Shown: piece after piece, positions 46,374-57,900 of the stretch
Layout: each line of letters opens with the position of its first letter
Position numbering within the stretch: the first letter of the stretch is position 1
NCBI GenBank assembly: GCA_943350635.1
Contig: CALRAI010000002.1
Location: forward strand, 1 to 61,444
DNA length: 61,444 nt
Reading direction: 5' to 3'
Source of the DNA: Candidatus Uhrbacteria bacterium
Lineage (GTDB): Bacteria; Patescibacteriota; Patescibacteriia; UBA9934
Notes under the pieces: generated by a model
What the model saw: the letters and a program-made list of their open reading frames with translations, nothing else
Database searches by the model: none
What the model was told of the DNA's origin: nothing
Program-made: the position numbers and the translations under genes

Positions 46374-49300
46374 ATGGCGAAGAATAATAAGCAACAACCT
46401 GGCGGAAGTAGGAATATTCCTGCCGCAGAACCACCAGATCTAGAGCAGATTGGTCGTTTTAAGGAATTCATGAATCTGTGTGGAAAACTCCGAGGAATTA
46501 TTGTGCGCGCTGCCGACGTGGATGCTGGAGAAGCTCGAGAGAAGGTGCTCGCAGAGGCCGATGCCGTTCTTGTGGAGGCGCGAACACTCGGGCCCCAAAT
46601 ATATGCAAAAACTGCAGGCGATATTGATATTAAAAAGCTTCTGAAGCGCGATTTGCCAAAGGAAATTGGAGAAGCAAGAACAAAGAATACGAACGATGTA
46701 GAAAGCGCAGCGCGAGCAGCAAAAATAAAGGCCGATGCCGCAGCAGCAGAGGCTCAACTTGAAGCCGAGCTCGAAATGGAACAACGATTTGCGGACGGCA
46801 CAGAAACGGATGACGATATTCGCTTCATGAATGCAAAGCGAGAAAAAGAAATTCGAGAAAAACTTGAGGAACAAAAGGGGGAAGCGCGCAAAGAAATGCG
46901 AAAAACTGAGCCAGTGCTTGATGCTGCTACAAAGCAAATCGTAGATGGATTTCTTGACGATGCGGTGTTGAATATTGAGTGGCTTGAAAGCACTCTCATT
47001 GCGCTTCATGCGCAGCTCGTTGAAAACGAAGCGGTGTTGACTGCGAAACATATCAATCCAGAGAGCGATCCATTCATTCAGTTTTTCAAAGGGCACATTC
47101 ATCAACTTAAAAGCAGAATCGATAAGCTTCGTCTAGGCGTTGCGGCGAAACAGCAGGAATTAGAACAACAAAAAGCGGCCAAAGACGCAGAGGCTGCACA
47201 ACAGCAACAAGCAGAGCCAAAAGGGGGAAAGGCAAAGAATTCGGTTCAAGACAGAAAGGCGGACGAGCCAGAGTCGTTGGAGGAACTAGGATTGCGATTT
47301 GAAAACACTATCGCTGCGCTGAGTGATCGCGTTCCTGAAGTGTGTAGTATGCCAATTGGCACGCAGAAAGAGCTAGATGCTGCGAGCGAGGCGCTGGCGG
47401 TGTTGAAGAGAGAGGCTTCTGATTGTGTCGCGGAGTATAAGGCAAAGATCGGTGAGCCAATTATTCGGCCATTATTTCGAGATTTTAAGAACCCTACAGA
47501 TCGGGATGAATCGGGAAGGGCATTTACGAAACTTGATAATGAACGAGCGGCGTTCCAAAGCGGATTTTTGGGGCATAGAGACAAGAACGTTCTTGGAAGG
47601 TATCAAGAACGAACGCAGGAGCTCTCTGCTCGTCGTCGCAAGCTGAACGATGTGAGGCGCGCCGAAGAAGCAGCGCAGCAAGCTGCTGATACTGCGGCAC
47701 AAGAATCAAGAAGAACAGAACTCGAAGCAAAATGGGAAGCGGAGTTTCCAGCATTTGAATTACGCGTTGCGAAAATAAGCAACGCATATTTCGATGTGTT
47801 GAGAATTTCAGGGAAAGATGGAACGACGAAAAGAAAAGATGCGCTGGAGGCGGTGAAGAAGATGCTGGAAGATGCTCGAGAGCCGTGGCTTGCCATGAGG
47901 GACGGTGCGCCAAGGCCGCGCTCAAAGGAAGAGGAAGGATTGGAGAAGAATAATCTTGTTTTCAACACACGACGCAAGCTCGAATTCATGTCGAGCGAAG
48001 TTGAGAAAGAAATCAATATCGTGAAAACTCGAGGAGGATTATCGTCGGACAAGCTGATCAACGATTGGATCGGATCTACGGTGCTTGTGAGTCAGTTATG
48101 GAATCCCGATTCGTCGATTGAGGATCGAGGTGCATTCTTAGTGGAGTATCTGAAAGACAATATTCTTGAAGGTACCTCAGAATTTGAGCGGATGATTCCT
48201 GAATCAGCACGAGCAAATTTTTCAAAAGTATTAAGGAACTCCGGAGTGATTCGAGATATTCAAGAAAATGTTCGAGCAGATAGGCGTTTTGCACAACAAG
48301 AGGAAGAGCGTCTCCGGGCAGAGCTTTCGTGTTCGTTGCTCGATCTTTTGCGAGGAAGAATCGACCAGGAATTCGATGCGGCGCGCGAGAGACTTCGAGC
48401 TGCATCATTCTGGAAGCAAAAAGTGAGTGAGAAAAATAGCGATCGATTGTTGCGATTTGGCGCAGAAATGCCAGACGAAGAGCTAGCAAAGTTCGTCACC
48501 GATATTCCCGCATTCCGTGCGGCGGTTGCGCCGTTTGCTCTTGCGCGAGCAGCGGCACGAAAATGTGAGGACGACATGCTGATGGTGAAAGAAGCTGAGG
48601 GAAATCTTGACGTTGATGCAATACGAGCGATGCTTGGGGAATGGAAGGAGAAGGACGATCGACGAAATGAGTTGCAAAGAGAGGCGCTGTTCTCGGAAGG
48701 CTGGGGGGATATACCAAAGAAGAAACGTCGGGGAATGATACGGGGATTCTTTGAGGGGAATACACGAATTCTGAAAAAGGTTGCGGATCCAGCATTTTCG
48801 GCAGTGGTTGCGTGGGCAAACGCACAGCAACTTGCCTTTGTGACGCGAGATTTTGTGCGTGTGGTTCTTGAAAAAAATCCCGATGCTGCCGCTGTACTTT
48901 CAGACGAATTGCCAAAAGGATTTTTGAAGAGTTCGGAGTCGGATGCTGCGGATCAAGGGGATTCTGAGCCGGTAGCTGATACGTCGGTTGGTGGTGATGC
49001 CGGCGGTGATGCTGGTGTTTCTGACCCCGATGCTGATCCAGACGCTGAAGAAGCAGCAAGAGTTGCAGGACTTGCAGCTTTAGCTGCGCGGAGAGGCAAG
49101 GCAGCTGCAGCGCCAGTTGCGGATCCGGTTGTGGTAGCGGTTTTGGATCCGGCTATTGAGGCGGCGCGTATTGCAGCAGAAGCAGAACAGCGAAAAGAAA
49201 TCATTCGAACCGCAAGAAAAGAGACAATACGGGATCATAAAGATCTTATTAAGACAAGATTGTTTAGCGACCTCTTTTTCCAGGATCCTAAGGGAAGCAC

Positions 49301-51053
49301 TCGGGGAACAATCGGAAGTATTTTGAGCGCATTGTTGCTTCGTATTCAAAAGAAAGGAGAAATGGCGCGCTTGGGAAATAGCGATTCGTATCTTCATCAG
49401 GATCGGATCGACGACTTCAATTACGTTATTGATTTCGTGGATCTTCACGACTTCGAGCGCAGATTGGCGAGTGTGGTCGCAAAGTATCCAGTAATGATTC
49501 CAGCGCCAGTGATGAATATTCCGCCAGCGCCAGTCGTCGCGCCTCCTGCGGCACCACATGTTTCCATTCATCATCCACCACTCAATTTGCCGCCGTTGCC
49601 ACCAGCGCCTCCGGTTGCTCCTCCTGCGCCGCGTGTTTTGCCGCCAGCACCTCCTGTTCGTCCGGTTACTGCACGTCCCGTCGTTGCTCGTCCACCGGCA
49701 CCTGTGATTGAGTCTGTCCCTGTCGCTGCTCCATCGGCTCCACGCGTTGAAGTTACGCCTGTTCAGCCGGTTGCCGCAGTATCGGAGCCGATAATCTCTT
49801 CAAATCCTGGAGAACAACCTCGTCCAGAATCGGCTCCAGTTGTTCCACCATCACAAGAGTTCGTTTCGCTTGGTGCAGATCCATTTGAGCGATTCTTCGG
49901 TCCGTCGCGAGCATCTACGTCACGAACGGAAATCGTGCCAGCTCCTCGATCATCAGTCATCCCCGCGCAGGCGGGGATCCAGTCTCGACAGGAATCAACA
50001 CGTCGAGTATCGGTGATTGAAAATACACCAGTCCCACAAAATCCTGCCGAGCTTCGCGTATCCGGATGGGCAAAGTCGATCCGCAATTTCTTTGGTGGAG
50101 GAGAGGCCGCAGACATCGCGGTTCGCGAAGCAACGGGAATGCCGTCGGATCGCACGCGTGCCGGCGAAGCACCATCAAATACAGAGGTGGCGTATCGCAC
50201 CCTGGGAAGTGTGTTGAGTGTGGTGGGAAGCGTGTTTGGATTCAAGGCATTCGGCGATGTTCCACGGTATTTGTCCCAATCCTTCTGCACTACAAACGAG
50301 CGTGCATTGTTGGAAGCGGATATTTTGAACGCGATGGAAACAAATTTCAGCGCAAAACAACGTGCTGGCAACGATCCTGAAGCAAGCTTGCGCGCAAATA
50401 GAGAGGCGGCTCAGCGAACGGATAGGGCAATCGCAACATCGGCATATTTAACCGATGCACAAAAGGTAGAAATGCGCGCGCGCGTTGCGGATTTGGAAAC
50501 ACGATACAGCGAGCGGACACGAGAAAACGTTGCAAAGCACAGCACGGAGCTTGCGAACGTGCTTGAAAATGCGGTGCAAAACCGTGTAACCGGTTGGGGT
50601 GCCGCAAAAGAAACAGCAAACTCCGCATTGCGCGCTATGGCATTTGTGGATGTACCGGTTGGCGCAGTTCGCGGTGTTACATACGGCGTTATGGCATTCC
50701 GTGAACGATTCGAGACTGCGGCAACAAGGAATCCTGATGCATCGTTTGTGGCAAAAACAGCAAGCGTATTCCGCGATACGTGGAACGAAACATGGGGAAA
50801 GCTCACGAAACAAACAAATAATTTCCGTGAACGGGTTACCAATGTTGGGGACGCTATGGCCACGATTGCTACTGCGGTTGGTATGGCGAGTGTTACAGTG
50901 GGCGCGTTGGAAGAGGCGCTTCCAGGATTGCGCTTGGCAAGTGCCGATGTGTCGAGCGGCATCGCGAATCTCATCGCGGAAGGTCGTCAGCGATTGCAGG
51001 AAATGGTGGACAAAGTACTTCCTACATACGAGCGCCTAGCAAAGCGAGCGTAG
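46374..51053 (+). CDS. Large (1559 aa) coiled-coil / Pro-rich hypothetical protein
   Basis: Long uninterrupted ORF: charged helical N-half, acidic linker, Pro-rich tract, C-terminal hydrophobic helices. Confidence 0.85.
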   Translation: MAKNNKQQPGGSRNIPAAEPPDLEQIGRFKEFMNLCGKLRGIIVRAADVDAGEAREKVLAEADAVLVEARTLGPQIYAKTAGDIDIKKLLKRDLPKEIGEARTKNTNDVESAARAAKIKADAAAAEAQLEAELEMEQRFADGTETDDDIRFMNAKREKEIREKLEEQKGEARKEMRKTEPVLDAATKQIVDGFLDDAVLNIEWLESTLIALHAQLVENEAVLTAKHINPESDPFIQFFKGHIHQLKSRIDKLRLGVAAKQQELEQQKAAKDAEAAQQQQAEPKGGKAKNSVQDRKADEPESLEELGLRFENTIAALSDRVPEVCSMPIGTQKELDAASEALAVLKREASDCVAEYKAKIGEPIIRPLFRDFKNPTDRDESGRAFTKLDNERAAFQSGFLGHRDKNVLGRYQERTQELSARRRKLNDVRRAEEAAQQAADTAAQESRRTELEAKWEAEFPAFELRVAKISNAYFDVLRISGKDGTTKRKDALEAVKKMLEDAREPWLAMRDGAPRPRSKEEEGLEKNNLVFNTRRKLEFMSSEVEKEINIVKTRGGLSSDKLINDWIGSTVLVSQLWNPDSSIEDRGAFLVEYLKDNILEGTSEFERMIPESARANFSKVLRNSGVIRDIQENVRADRRFAQQEEERLRAELSCSLLDLLRGRIDQEFDAARERLRAASFWKQKVSEKNSDRLLRFGAEMPDEELAKFVTDIPAFRAAVAPFALARAAARKCEDDMLMVKEAEGNLDVDAIRAMLGEWKEKDDRRNELQREALFSEGWGDIPKKKRRGMIRGFFEGNTRILKKVADPAFSAVVAWANAQQLAFVTRDFVRVVLEKNPDAAAVLSDELPKGFLKSSESDAADQGDSEPVADTSVGGDAGGDAGVSDPDADPDAEEAARVAGLAALAARRGKAAAAPVADPVVVAVLDPAIEAARIAAEAEQRKEIIRTARKETIRDHKDLIKTRLFSDLFFQDPKGSTRGTIGSILSALLLRIQKKGEMARLGNSDSYLHQDRIDDFNYVIDFVDLHDFERRLASVVAKYPVMIPAPVMNIPPAPVVAPPAAPHVSIHHPPLNLPPLPPAPPVAPPAPRVLPPAPPVRPVTARPVVARPPAPVIESVPVAAPSAPRVEVTPVQPVAAVSEPIISSNPGEQPRPESAPVVPPSQEFVSLGADPFERFFGPSRASTSRTEIVPAPRSSVIPAQAGIQSRQESTRRVSVIENTPVPQNPAELRVSGWAKSIRNFFGGGEAADIAVREATGMPSDRTRAGEAPSNTEVAYRTLGSVLSVVGSVFGFKAFGDVPRYLSQSFCTTNERALLEADILNAMETNFSAKQRAGNDPEASLRANREAAQRTDRAIATSAYLTDAQKVEMRARVADLETRYSERTRENVAKHSTELANVLENAVQNRVTGWGAAKETANSALRAMAFVDVPVGAVRGVTYGVMAFRERFETAATRNPDASFVAKTASVFRDTWNETWGKLTKQTNNFRERVTNVGDAMATIATAVGMASVTVGALEEALPGLRLASADVSSGIANLIAEGRQRLQEMVDKVLPTYERLAKRA
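49956..49983. repeat. 28-nt palindromic repeat, in-frame intragenic copy (VIPAQAGIQ)
   Basis: Identical to 44435..44462. Confidence 0.85.
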
Positions 51054-51081
51054 AGACGGAAGAAAAAAACGAACGACGATA

Positions 51082-53364
51082 TTACTCGTCGTTCGTTTTT
51101 ACTTTGCGCTTCCAGCGGCTTTTTGGTGCCTTGCGTTTTTTTACCAGGAGATCGATCGCCGATGCAAGCGTTACCGATAGCGGATCGATACCTTTCGGAA
51201 TAGTGGCATTCGTGGTGCCGTCGGTAACGTACGCACCGTATCGTCCATCCTTAATAACGATATTCGCTTTGGTTTCGGGTTCAATGCCGAGCTCCGCAAG
51301 TGGCGTCATGGCTTTAATCTTCTTTGCGACTCCTTCGGTGCAAAGCGCGATAGCCTGATCGAGGGTTACGGTCGCTGGATGGTGCTCTGGCGGCAATGTG
51401 ATATTCACGGCGCCGCATTTGAGATACGGACCAAAGCGTCCAACGTTCGCAATAATCTCTTCGCCATTGGTGTGTTTTCCGAGCGTTCGAGGAAGCGAAA
51501 GAAGCTTGAGTGCTTGTTCGAGCGTAAGCGTATCGATCGTCTGGTTCTTCTCAAGACTTGCGCGCTTAGGCTTTTCTGCCTTTTTGTCGGGGGACAACTC
51601 ACCGACCTGAACAAAGGGACCGAATCGACCAGTACGTGCCACAATCATTTTTCCGCTTTCAGGATCGATTCCGATTTCGGTTACTTTCATGATCGAATCT
51701 CGTTCAAGCTCTTTGCCCTTCGTCGCAATCGCCTCATGAAACGGGCCGTAGAATCCCGCAAGCACGAGCTGCCAATTTTCTTCACCTTCCGCAATCTGGT
51801 CGAGCTTGGTTTCCATGGTTGCCGTAAAATCGTAATCAACAATCTGTGGAAAATGTTCTTTCAAAAGATCGATCACCACAAAAGCAATGTCGGACGGATA
51901 CAGGCGTTTGCCGTCGTCCCGCAACACATAGCCACGTGCTTCAATGGTGTTGAGTGTGGGAGCGTACGTAGAAGGGCGACCGATACCGTATTCTTCCATG
52001 ATTTTAATCAACGACGCGTCGGAATAGCGTGCTGGCGGTTCGGTGAAATGCTGTTCGGGCGTAACGCTAATAGCCTTGCCGATATTTTCACCTTCAGTTA
52101 GCGCTGGAAGAATTTTATCCTCCGACGCCTGCCACACCTTCATGAAGCCTTCAAACACGACGATGCTGCCGTTGCCGCGGAATGTATGTGCGTTTGCCGT
52201 AAAGTCGATTGCGGTGCGTTCAAGTTTTGCGCTTGGCAATTGGGAAGCAATCGTGCGGCGCCATAAAAGATCATAAAGTTTCCACATCCCAGGATCCAGT
52301 TCGGCACGAAGCGTTTCTGGCGTGGCGTTCACGTCCGTTGGACGAATGGCTTCGTGTGCTTCCTGCGCACCTTTCTTGTTGGTTTTGTAATGAATGCCGC
52401 CGGTGGTGTACTCCTTGCCCCACTGTGCGGTAATAAATGTTTGTGCTGCAGCAATAAACTGCTCACTCAAATTGGTAGAATCGGTTCGCATGTAGGTAAT
52501 CTTTCCTGTTTCGTACAGCTTTTGCGCCAACGTCATCGTCTGTTTTGCACTCATGCCAAGGCGATTGTATGCCTCCTGTTGCATCGTTGAGGTGGTGAGC
52601 GGCGTTGGTGACTTTCGGCTCGCAGCCTTTTTCTCGATGCTTTTGACGACGAAATCAGCATCACGCACTGCAGCAACAACAGCATCAGATTCCTGCTGGG
52701 TTTTGATATCAAGTTTATCGATCTTCCGGTCGCCGATCGCAATAAGCTTGGTGGGGAATTCGGAATTCGCCTTCGAGAGTATCGCCTCGACCGACCAGTA
52801 TTCATCGGTTTTGAATGCCTGACGTTCGCGTTCGCGTTCAACGACGAGTCGAACAGCCACCGATTGCACTCGGCCAGCAGAAAGTCCACGCTGCACCTTT
52901 GCCCACAATAGTGGAGAGAGTTCATAACCCACTAATCGATCCAGGATACGGCGCGTCTGCTGTGCATCCACCATGCGCATGTCGATATGTCGGGTGTTTT
53001 CCAATGCTGCAGCAATGGCGGTTTTGGTAATTTCATGAAACGTAATACGCTTTGCCGTTTTCGGGTCGAGCTTCAAAACTTCAGCAATATGCCACGCAAT
53101 CGCTTCTCCTTCTCGGTCCTCGTCCGTTGCGAGATAAATGTCGGTTGCGCCTTTTGCTGCGTCCTTTAATGCCTTCACCTTATCCTTCTTGTCGTCGGGA
53201 ATCTCGTACGTAGGGTGAAAACCATGATGAACGTCTACCGCGGTGCTTTTCTTAGGAAGGTCGCGAATATGGCCAAAAGAAGAGATGACTTTGTACTCTT
53301 TTCCAAGGAATTTGGTGATGGTTTTGGCTTTGGTGGGGGACTCAACAATGAGGAGTTTAGACAT
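51082..53364 (-). CDS. topA: DNA topoisomerase I
   Basis: LIVESPTKAKTI, ATDEDREGEAIAWH, ITYMRTDS, GIGRPSTYA; C-terminal GRFGP repeats rather than Zn ribbons. Confidence 0.97.
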   Translation of the reverse strand: MSKLLIVESPTKAKTITKFLGKEYKVISSFGHIRDLPKKSTAVDVHHGFHPTYEIPDDKKDKVKALKDAAKGATDIYLATDEDREGEAIAWHIAEVLKLDPKTAKRITFHEITKTAIAAALENTRHIDMRMVDAQQTRRILDRLVGYELSPLLWAKVQRGLSAGRVQSVAVRLVVERERERQAFKTDEYWSVEAILSKANSEFPTKLIAIGDRKIDKLDIKTQQESDAVVAAVRDADFVVKSIEKKAASRKSPTPLTTSTMQQEAYNRLGMSAKQTMTLAQKLYETGKITYMRTDSTNLSEQFIAAAQTFITAQWGKEYTTGGIHYKTNKKGAQEAHEAIRPTDVNATPETLRAELDPGMWKLYDLLWRRTIASQLPSAKLERTAIDFTANAHTFRGNGSIVVFEGFMKVWQASEDKILPALTEGENIGKAISVTPEQHFTEPPARYSDASLIKIMEEYGIGRPSTYAPTLNTIEARGYVLRDDGKRLYPSDIAFVVIDLLKEHFPQIVDYDFTATMETKLDQIAEGEENWQLVLAGFYGPFHEAIATKGKELERDSIMKVTEIGIDPESGKMIVARTGRFGPFVQVGELSPDKKAEKPKRASLEKNQTIDTLTLEQALKLLSLPRTLGKHTNGEEIIANVGRFGPYLKCGAVNITLPPEHHPATVTLDQAIALCTEGVAKKIKAMTPLAELGIEPETKANIVIKDGRYGAYVTDGTTNATIPKGIDPLSVTLASAIDLLVKKRKAPKSRWKRKVKTNDE

Positions 53365-53445
53365 AATGGGGGAGGGAATGGGGACGACGATAGCATGATA
53401 CCAGTATGAGGGGAATTCTTTGATTGATTAGGAGGGAAGAACAGT

Positions 53446-53801
53446 GATTCTTGGATTTGGTTGGGAGGACGGGACGGAGGTGACGATTGTTGTGTTGAGA
53501 GTGGGGGTATGCGTTTTCAAAACAGGGGTTCTGCTAATGCAACCGAGTTGCATGTAGGAACCAGGAATAGGTTTTGTCATCGACCGTAGCTGTCGATAAT
53601 CCCTTCTACAGATCGGCGTTTGTGTTCTGCGATATTCACGATCGACTATTGCGAATTTCACGATCGCGCAGCCTTCCAGGTGCCATGTTTTTAGACCCCA
53701 ATTTCGGTAGGAGCTCCTTGAAATCGCGATAATCGACGGTCGCAACAAATTCCAAAGAACGTACAAATAACGCTCCGCCTCTCAACCCCATCCAAAGAAT
53801 C
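53446..53801 (-). ncRNA. Candidate large structured ncRNA or non-autonomous element, copy 2
   Basis: Reverse complement aligns with 16706..17088, including a 33-nt identical block GGTTCCTACATGCAACTCGGTTGCATTAGCAGA. Confidence 0.6.
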
Positions 53802-53814
53802 TTCTCACTTCAGA

Positions 53815-54900
53815 TTACGTTTTCCTCACAAACTGTTTTCCCCCAACATCTTCAATAAACCCAAGAAGTTCCAAACCCGTCAGCGCAACAGAAGCGGCGC
53901 TTGTGGTGAGTTTTGCTTTTTCGATTGCCGTGTCGATATGCACCGGCACTGCGCCAAACTCTGCAAACAATGCAATTTCGTCGGGAGATCGTCCAATAGG
54001 CAGGAATGCCGTTGCACTCGCGCTTGGCGCCACGTTCATCCCAAGCACCTCAAAAATATCCCGAGCTTCGGTCACAACATGCGCGCCATGCTTCAGAAGC
54101 TCATTTGTCCCTTTACTCATCGCTGAATCGATCATTCCCGGCACCGCAAACACTTCGCGATTCTCACTCGTCGCCGATGTGGTCGTGAGCAATGTTCCCG
54201 ACGGTACTCCGGCTTCAATGGCTAACGTTCCGTGACACATTCCTGCAACAATGCGGTTGCGAATGGGGAAATTGTGCGCAAGGGGCGCCATCGTAAATTG
54301 AAATTCACTGATGACGGCACCACCACCATCGACGATCGCGTCACTCAGTTCAAAGTGCCGCGTATTATCTACTCCAAGAATTCCGGATCCAAGCACCGCA
54401 AGAGTGATCCCGTTGGCATCGAGCGCTCCACGATGACACGCCTCATCAATCCCATACGCCAAGCCGCTCACCACGACAATTCCTGCATTCGCACAGTCGA
54501 ACGCTAACTTCTTCGCAACACGCAAGCCATACTGCGTTGCGTGCCGGGATCCCACCATGGCAAGATGTTTCTTTGCCGTTGACGGCAACGTTCCTTTGAC
54601 GAACAACAGTGTGGGTGGTGTGTGGATAGTTTTGAGCATCTCGGGATACTCGTCGTCCGCAATCGTTACCGCACGAATTCCGTGTTTTTCCATGATGTCT
54701 ACAAATTCTTGCGGATCATGTTCTGTACGAAATTTCAGAAACTTTGGTACGTCTTGCGGTCGAATTTTTGCAGCAATCAACTCATCTGCGCTTGCATTCC
54801 ACGCATCCTTGGGATCCGAAAAATATTCAAACATCACCGCGTTGGACTTTGGTCCAAACCACGGAACATTCGCGATCGCAATAGTATAAGGGGATGTCAT
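53815..54900 (-). CDS. dprA: DNA-processing protein DprA
   Basis: AMVGSR, VVSGLAYGID, FPIRNRIVAG, REVFAVPG, C-terminal winged helix. Confidence 0.96.
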   Translation of the reverse strand: MTSPYTIAIANVPWFGPKSNAVMFEYFSDPKDAWNASADELIAAKIRPQDVPKFLKFRTEHDPQEFVDIMEKHGIRAVTIADDEYPEMLKTIHTPPTLLFVKGTLPSTAKKHLAMVGSRHATQYGLRVAKKLAFDCANAGIVVVSGLAYGIDEACHRGALDANGITLAVLGSGILGVDNTRHFELSDAIVDGGGAVISEFQFTMAPLAHNFPIRNRIVAGMCHGTLAIEAGVPSGTLLTTTSATSENREVFAVPGMIDSAMSKGTNELLKHGAHVVTEARDIFEVLGMNVAPSASATAFLPIGRSPDEIALFAEFGAVPVHIDTAIEKAKLTTSAASVALTGLELLGFIEDVGGKQFVRKT

Positions 54901-54934
54901 GTCGGAAATTTTATCATGCTATACTTGTTCCAGT

Positions 54935-57900
54935 ATGCGAAAGCTCTGGGAGTTGCTTCAGCGTGTGGGAAATTGGTGTGTAGGGCATAAAGCAATCATG
55001 GTTTTTGTGATTGCAGTTTTTGTATTGAGTGTTCCGTTCCATTACACAAATGCTGTAACGGATTCTCTTTTTACCAAGTTCCTCTCCAATCCAATCGACG
55101 TGACGATGATTACGCTGGCAGGAATCATTCAGGTGATCACTGGCGCCGTGGGAAAACTTATCTTGTTGATTATCGAAGTGATTGTCATTCCTGTTCTTGG
55201 ATATAACGGTTTTTACAACAGTCACATTACGAATCTTGGCTGGTCGTTAGTACGCGACGTCGTGAACATGTTCGTCGTCGTGATTCTGCTCGTCATCGCC
55301 ATTATGACGATTATTGGCTACTCCAAAGCAAACTGGACGCAGCAACTTCCAAAGCTGTTTATCGCCATCGTGCTCGTGAACTTCAGCAAACTGATTTGTG
55401 GATTCCTCATCGACGTCAGCCAGGTGATCATGTTCACCTTCGTAAACGCCATTGTTTCCATTGCTGCAGGAAACTTCGCGTCGATGCTTTCCATGAACAC
55501 GTTTGGACAATTTGGTGCGGAGTTTATTGATACGATAAACGAAAAGGGAACGGGACTAGAAGCGTTTGAATTCCTCATGGGTGCATACCTTCAATTCATC
55601 GTTATCCTCGCAATCCTTGGTGTAATGTTCCTTCTTGCAGCCGCCTTCATTTGGCGCATCGTGGTGCTGTGGATTCTTATTATCATGTCGCCATTAGCGT
55701 TCTTCCTTATTGGCGTCAAAGACATTTTCCATGCCGCCGAAAGCAGCTATACGCAATGGTGGAGCAAATTCACGAGCGCCCTCACCTTTGGCCCAACAAT
55801 GGTGTTCTTCCTCTGGCTCGCCCTTGCCGCCTCGTCCGGTTCAAACCTCGCCCAAACGGAGGACTTCCCCATGCCCGACAGCACCGCCGACTCCGGCATT
55901 TCTTTGGAGATGTTCTCTCTCGACAACTTCCTCGGCATGTTCCTCGCCCTCGCAATTCTCATTGCCGGCATGCAACAAGCCTCCGCCAGCGCCCAAGCCA
56001 TGGGTGGCTTTGCGAGTAAGATGTTGAGTGAGGATATGGGAAAGGGATTGGTGAAGGGTCTTGCTCGACCAATGAAATCCGCAAAGTCACTTTCTCGTGG
56101 CGCCGCTTCTCAACTTGCCAAACCTCGTGACCTGCCATTTGGTTTGGATAATTTGCGGCAGAGCGCTGTAGAAAAGGGGGCGAAAGGTTTGGCGAATGCT
56201 GGTGTTGGTTTGCAAAAAGCAGGATTCGGTGCAATTGGTGGTGCAGTAAGTGGATTGGGTGGATATGCTGGAGCAAAGGCTGCTGAAGGAAGAGCAGAAA
56301 TGAATAAGGCCGGTGCAGAAGAAATGAAATACCGTACGCAGACTGACGATCAGAAAAAGCAATTGCATGAAAACTTGTTGAACGGTGCATCGAGCGATCC
56401 TGCCAGGTCGAAGGGCGTAAATATGTACGAAGGCATGGATCAGAACGAGGCAATGGCGATGCGAAGAAAATTTCTTACCAGTCCTGATGAACGAAAGAAA
56501 ATCGAGGATGCTTCAAAGAAGATGCATGGCACTGGTCCGAATAAAAAAGAGGGTCAAGCACTTACGGACGCCGTGAATAAAGACATGGATGATTTGAAAA
56601 ATAGCCAAATGGAGTTTGCAGATTCCGACGACGGAAAGCGCTTGCTCGGACTGAGTGACGATGAGAAGAAGCTTGTGAAGGGCATGAAGATGGAGAATCT
56701 ACACCTCATTGAGCCAAAAGAGGGCAAGAGAGATGCATTTGAGGCTGGTCCAGCTGGTGACGAAAAGTATAATAAAGCAAAACAGAAGGCGATGAAGGCC
56801 GCAATCGACGACACCGAAGGCTATAATCATAAAATTCATGGCGGCCGTTCTTTGGCCGATGCAAATGTGCGCGCAGTTCTCGCTCAGCAATCCTCTGGTC
56901 GAACCACTGCGGACGGAACGGTGATTACAGCGTTAGATGATTTGAAAGCACAGGGTAATGCTGCCCAGAAGGAAGCGCTTCGTACTTCTATTGGTGCGGA
57001 TGATGTAAAAAAGAATTCTGCCGATATGGCATCGGTGGTGAATTCAGGAGCTTTGATTCCTGGAAATGCTAATGGTACGCCAGCAACTGGAAAGGGTGGC
57101 GCGGTTGCAGAGGCTGTTCGTGAGAGGGTGCGAAATGCTCCGGTTGGAGGGGTGACGAATGTTGATGGTATTGCCGCCGGAAACTTGCACAATGCTGGTT
57201 ATAATAATGATGAGGTATTGGGAGATCGTTTTGGCGCTGCTGCAGCTGCGGGTGGAGCGGCGTTTAGTGAGGAACATCGTGCTCGTGCTGGGGCAATGGT
57301 TACGGCGAATGCCGCGAATGCTGGATATCTCCCTGCACAGTCCGCTGGTACGGCAAACGAAGTGACGCATCTCATTGCTAATTCAACAAGTAAGGAAGGA
57401 ATTAAAACATTGCAGACAAGCATGAACGCTGAAACAGATCCAGCAAAACGTGCACAAATGCAGAGAGGACTTGATAACATTACGCAATCGGTGAAGGCGG
57501 AGAGGGCTCACGCCATTGCGAATGGTGGCGCAAACAGCGATCGTGCAAAGAAGATGAAGCAACTTGAAGATCAAGCAAGTGAAGCTGGAGGAGGAAGATA
57601 TGCTGGTCGTCCAGCTGCGCCACCAACACCACCAAACAGCGGAAATAATAATGGAGGCAATGGTGGAGGGGGTAACCAAGGTGGTGGAAACGGCGGTGGT
57701 AGCCGAGGAGGAGGTAATAGAGGCGGTGGCAACCAGGGAGGCGGGGGAAATAATCGTGGTGGAGGCGGCAATCGTGGAGGAGGAAATCGAGGAGGTGGAA
57801 ATACTGGCGGCGGAAACGGGGGAGGCGGAGGTGCTGCAGGTGGAGCCGCAGGTGGCGGAAACGGGGGAGGGGGTAATCAGGGCGGTGGCGGAAATACTGG

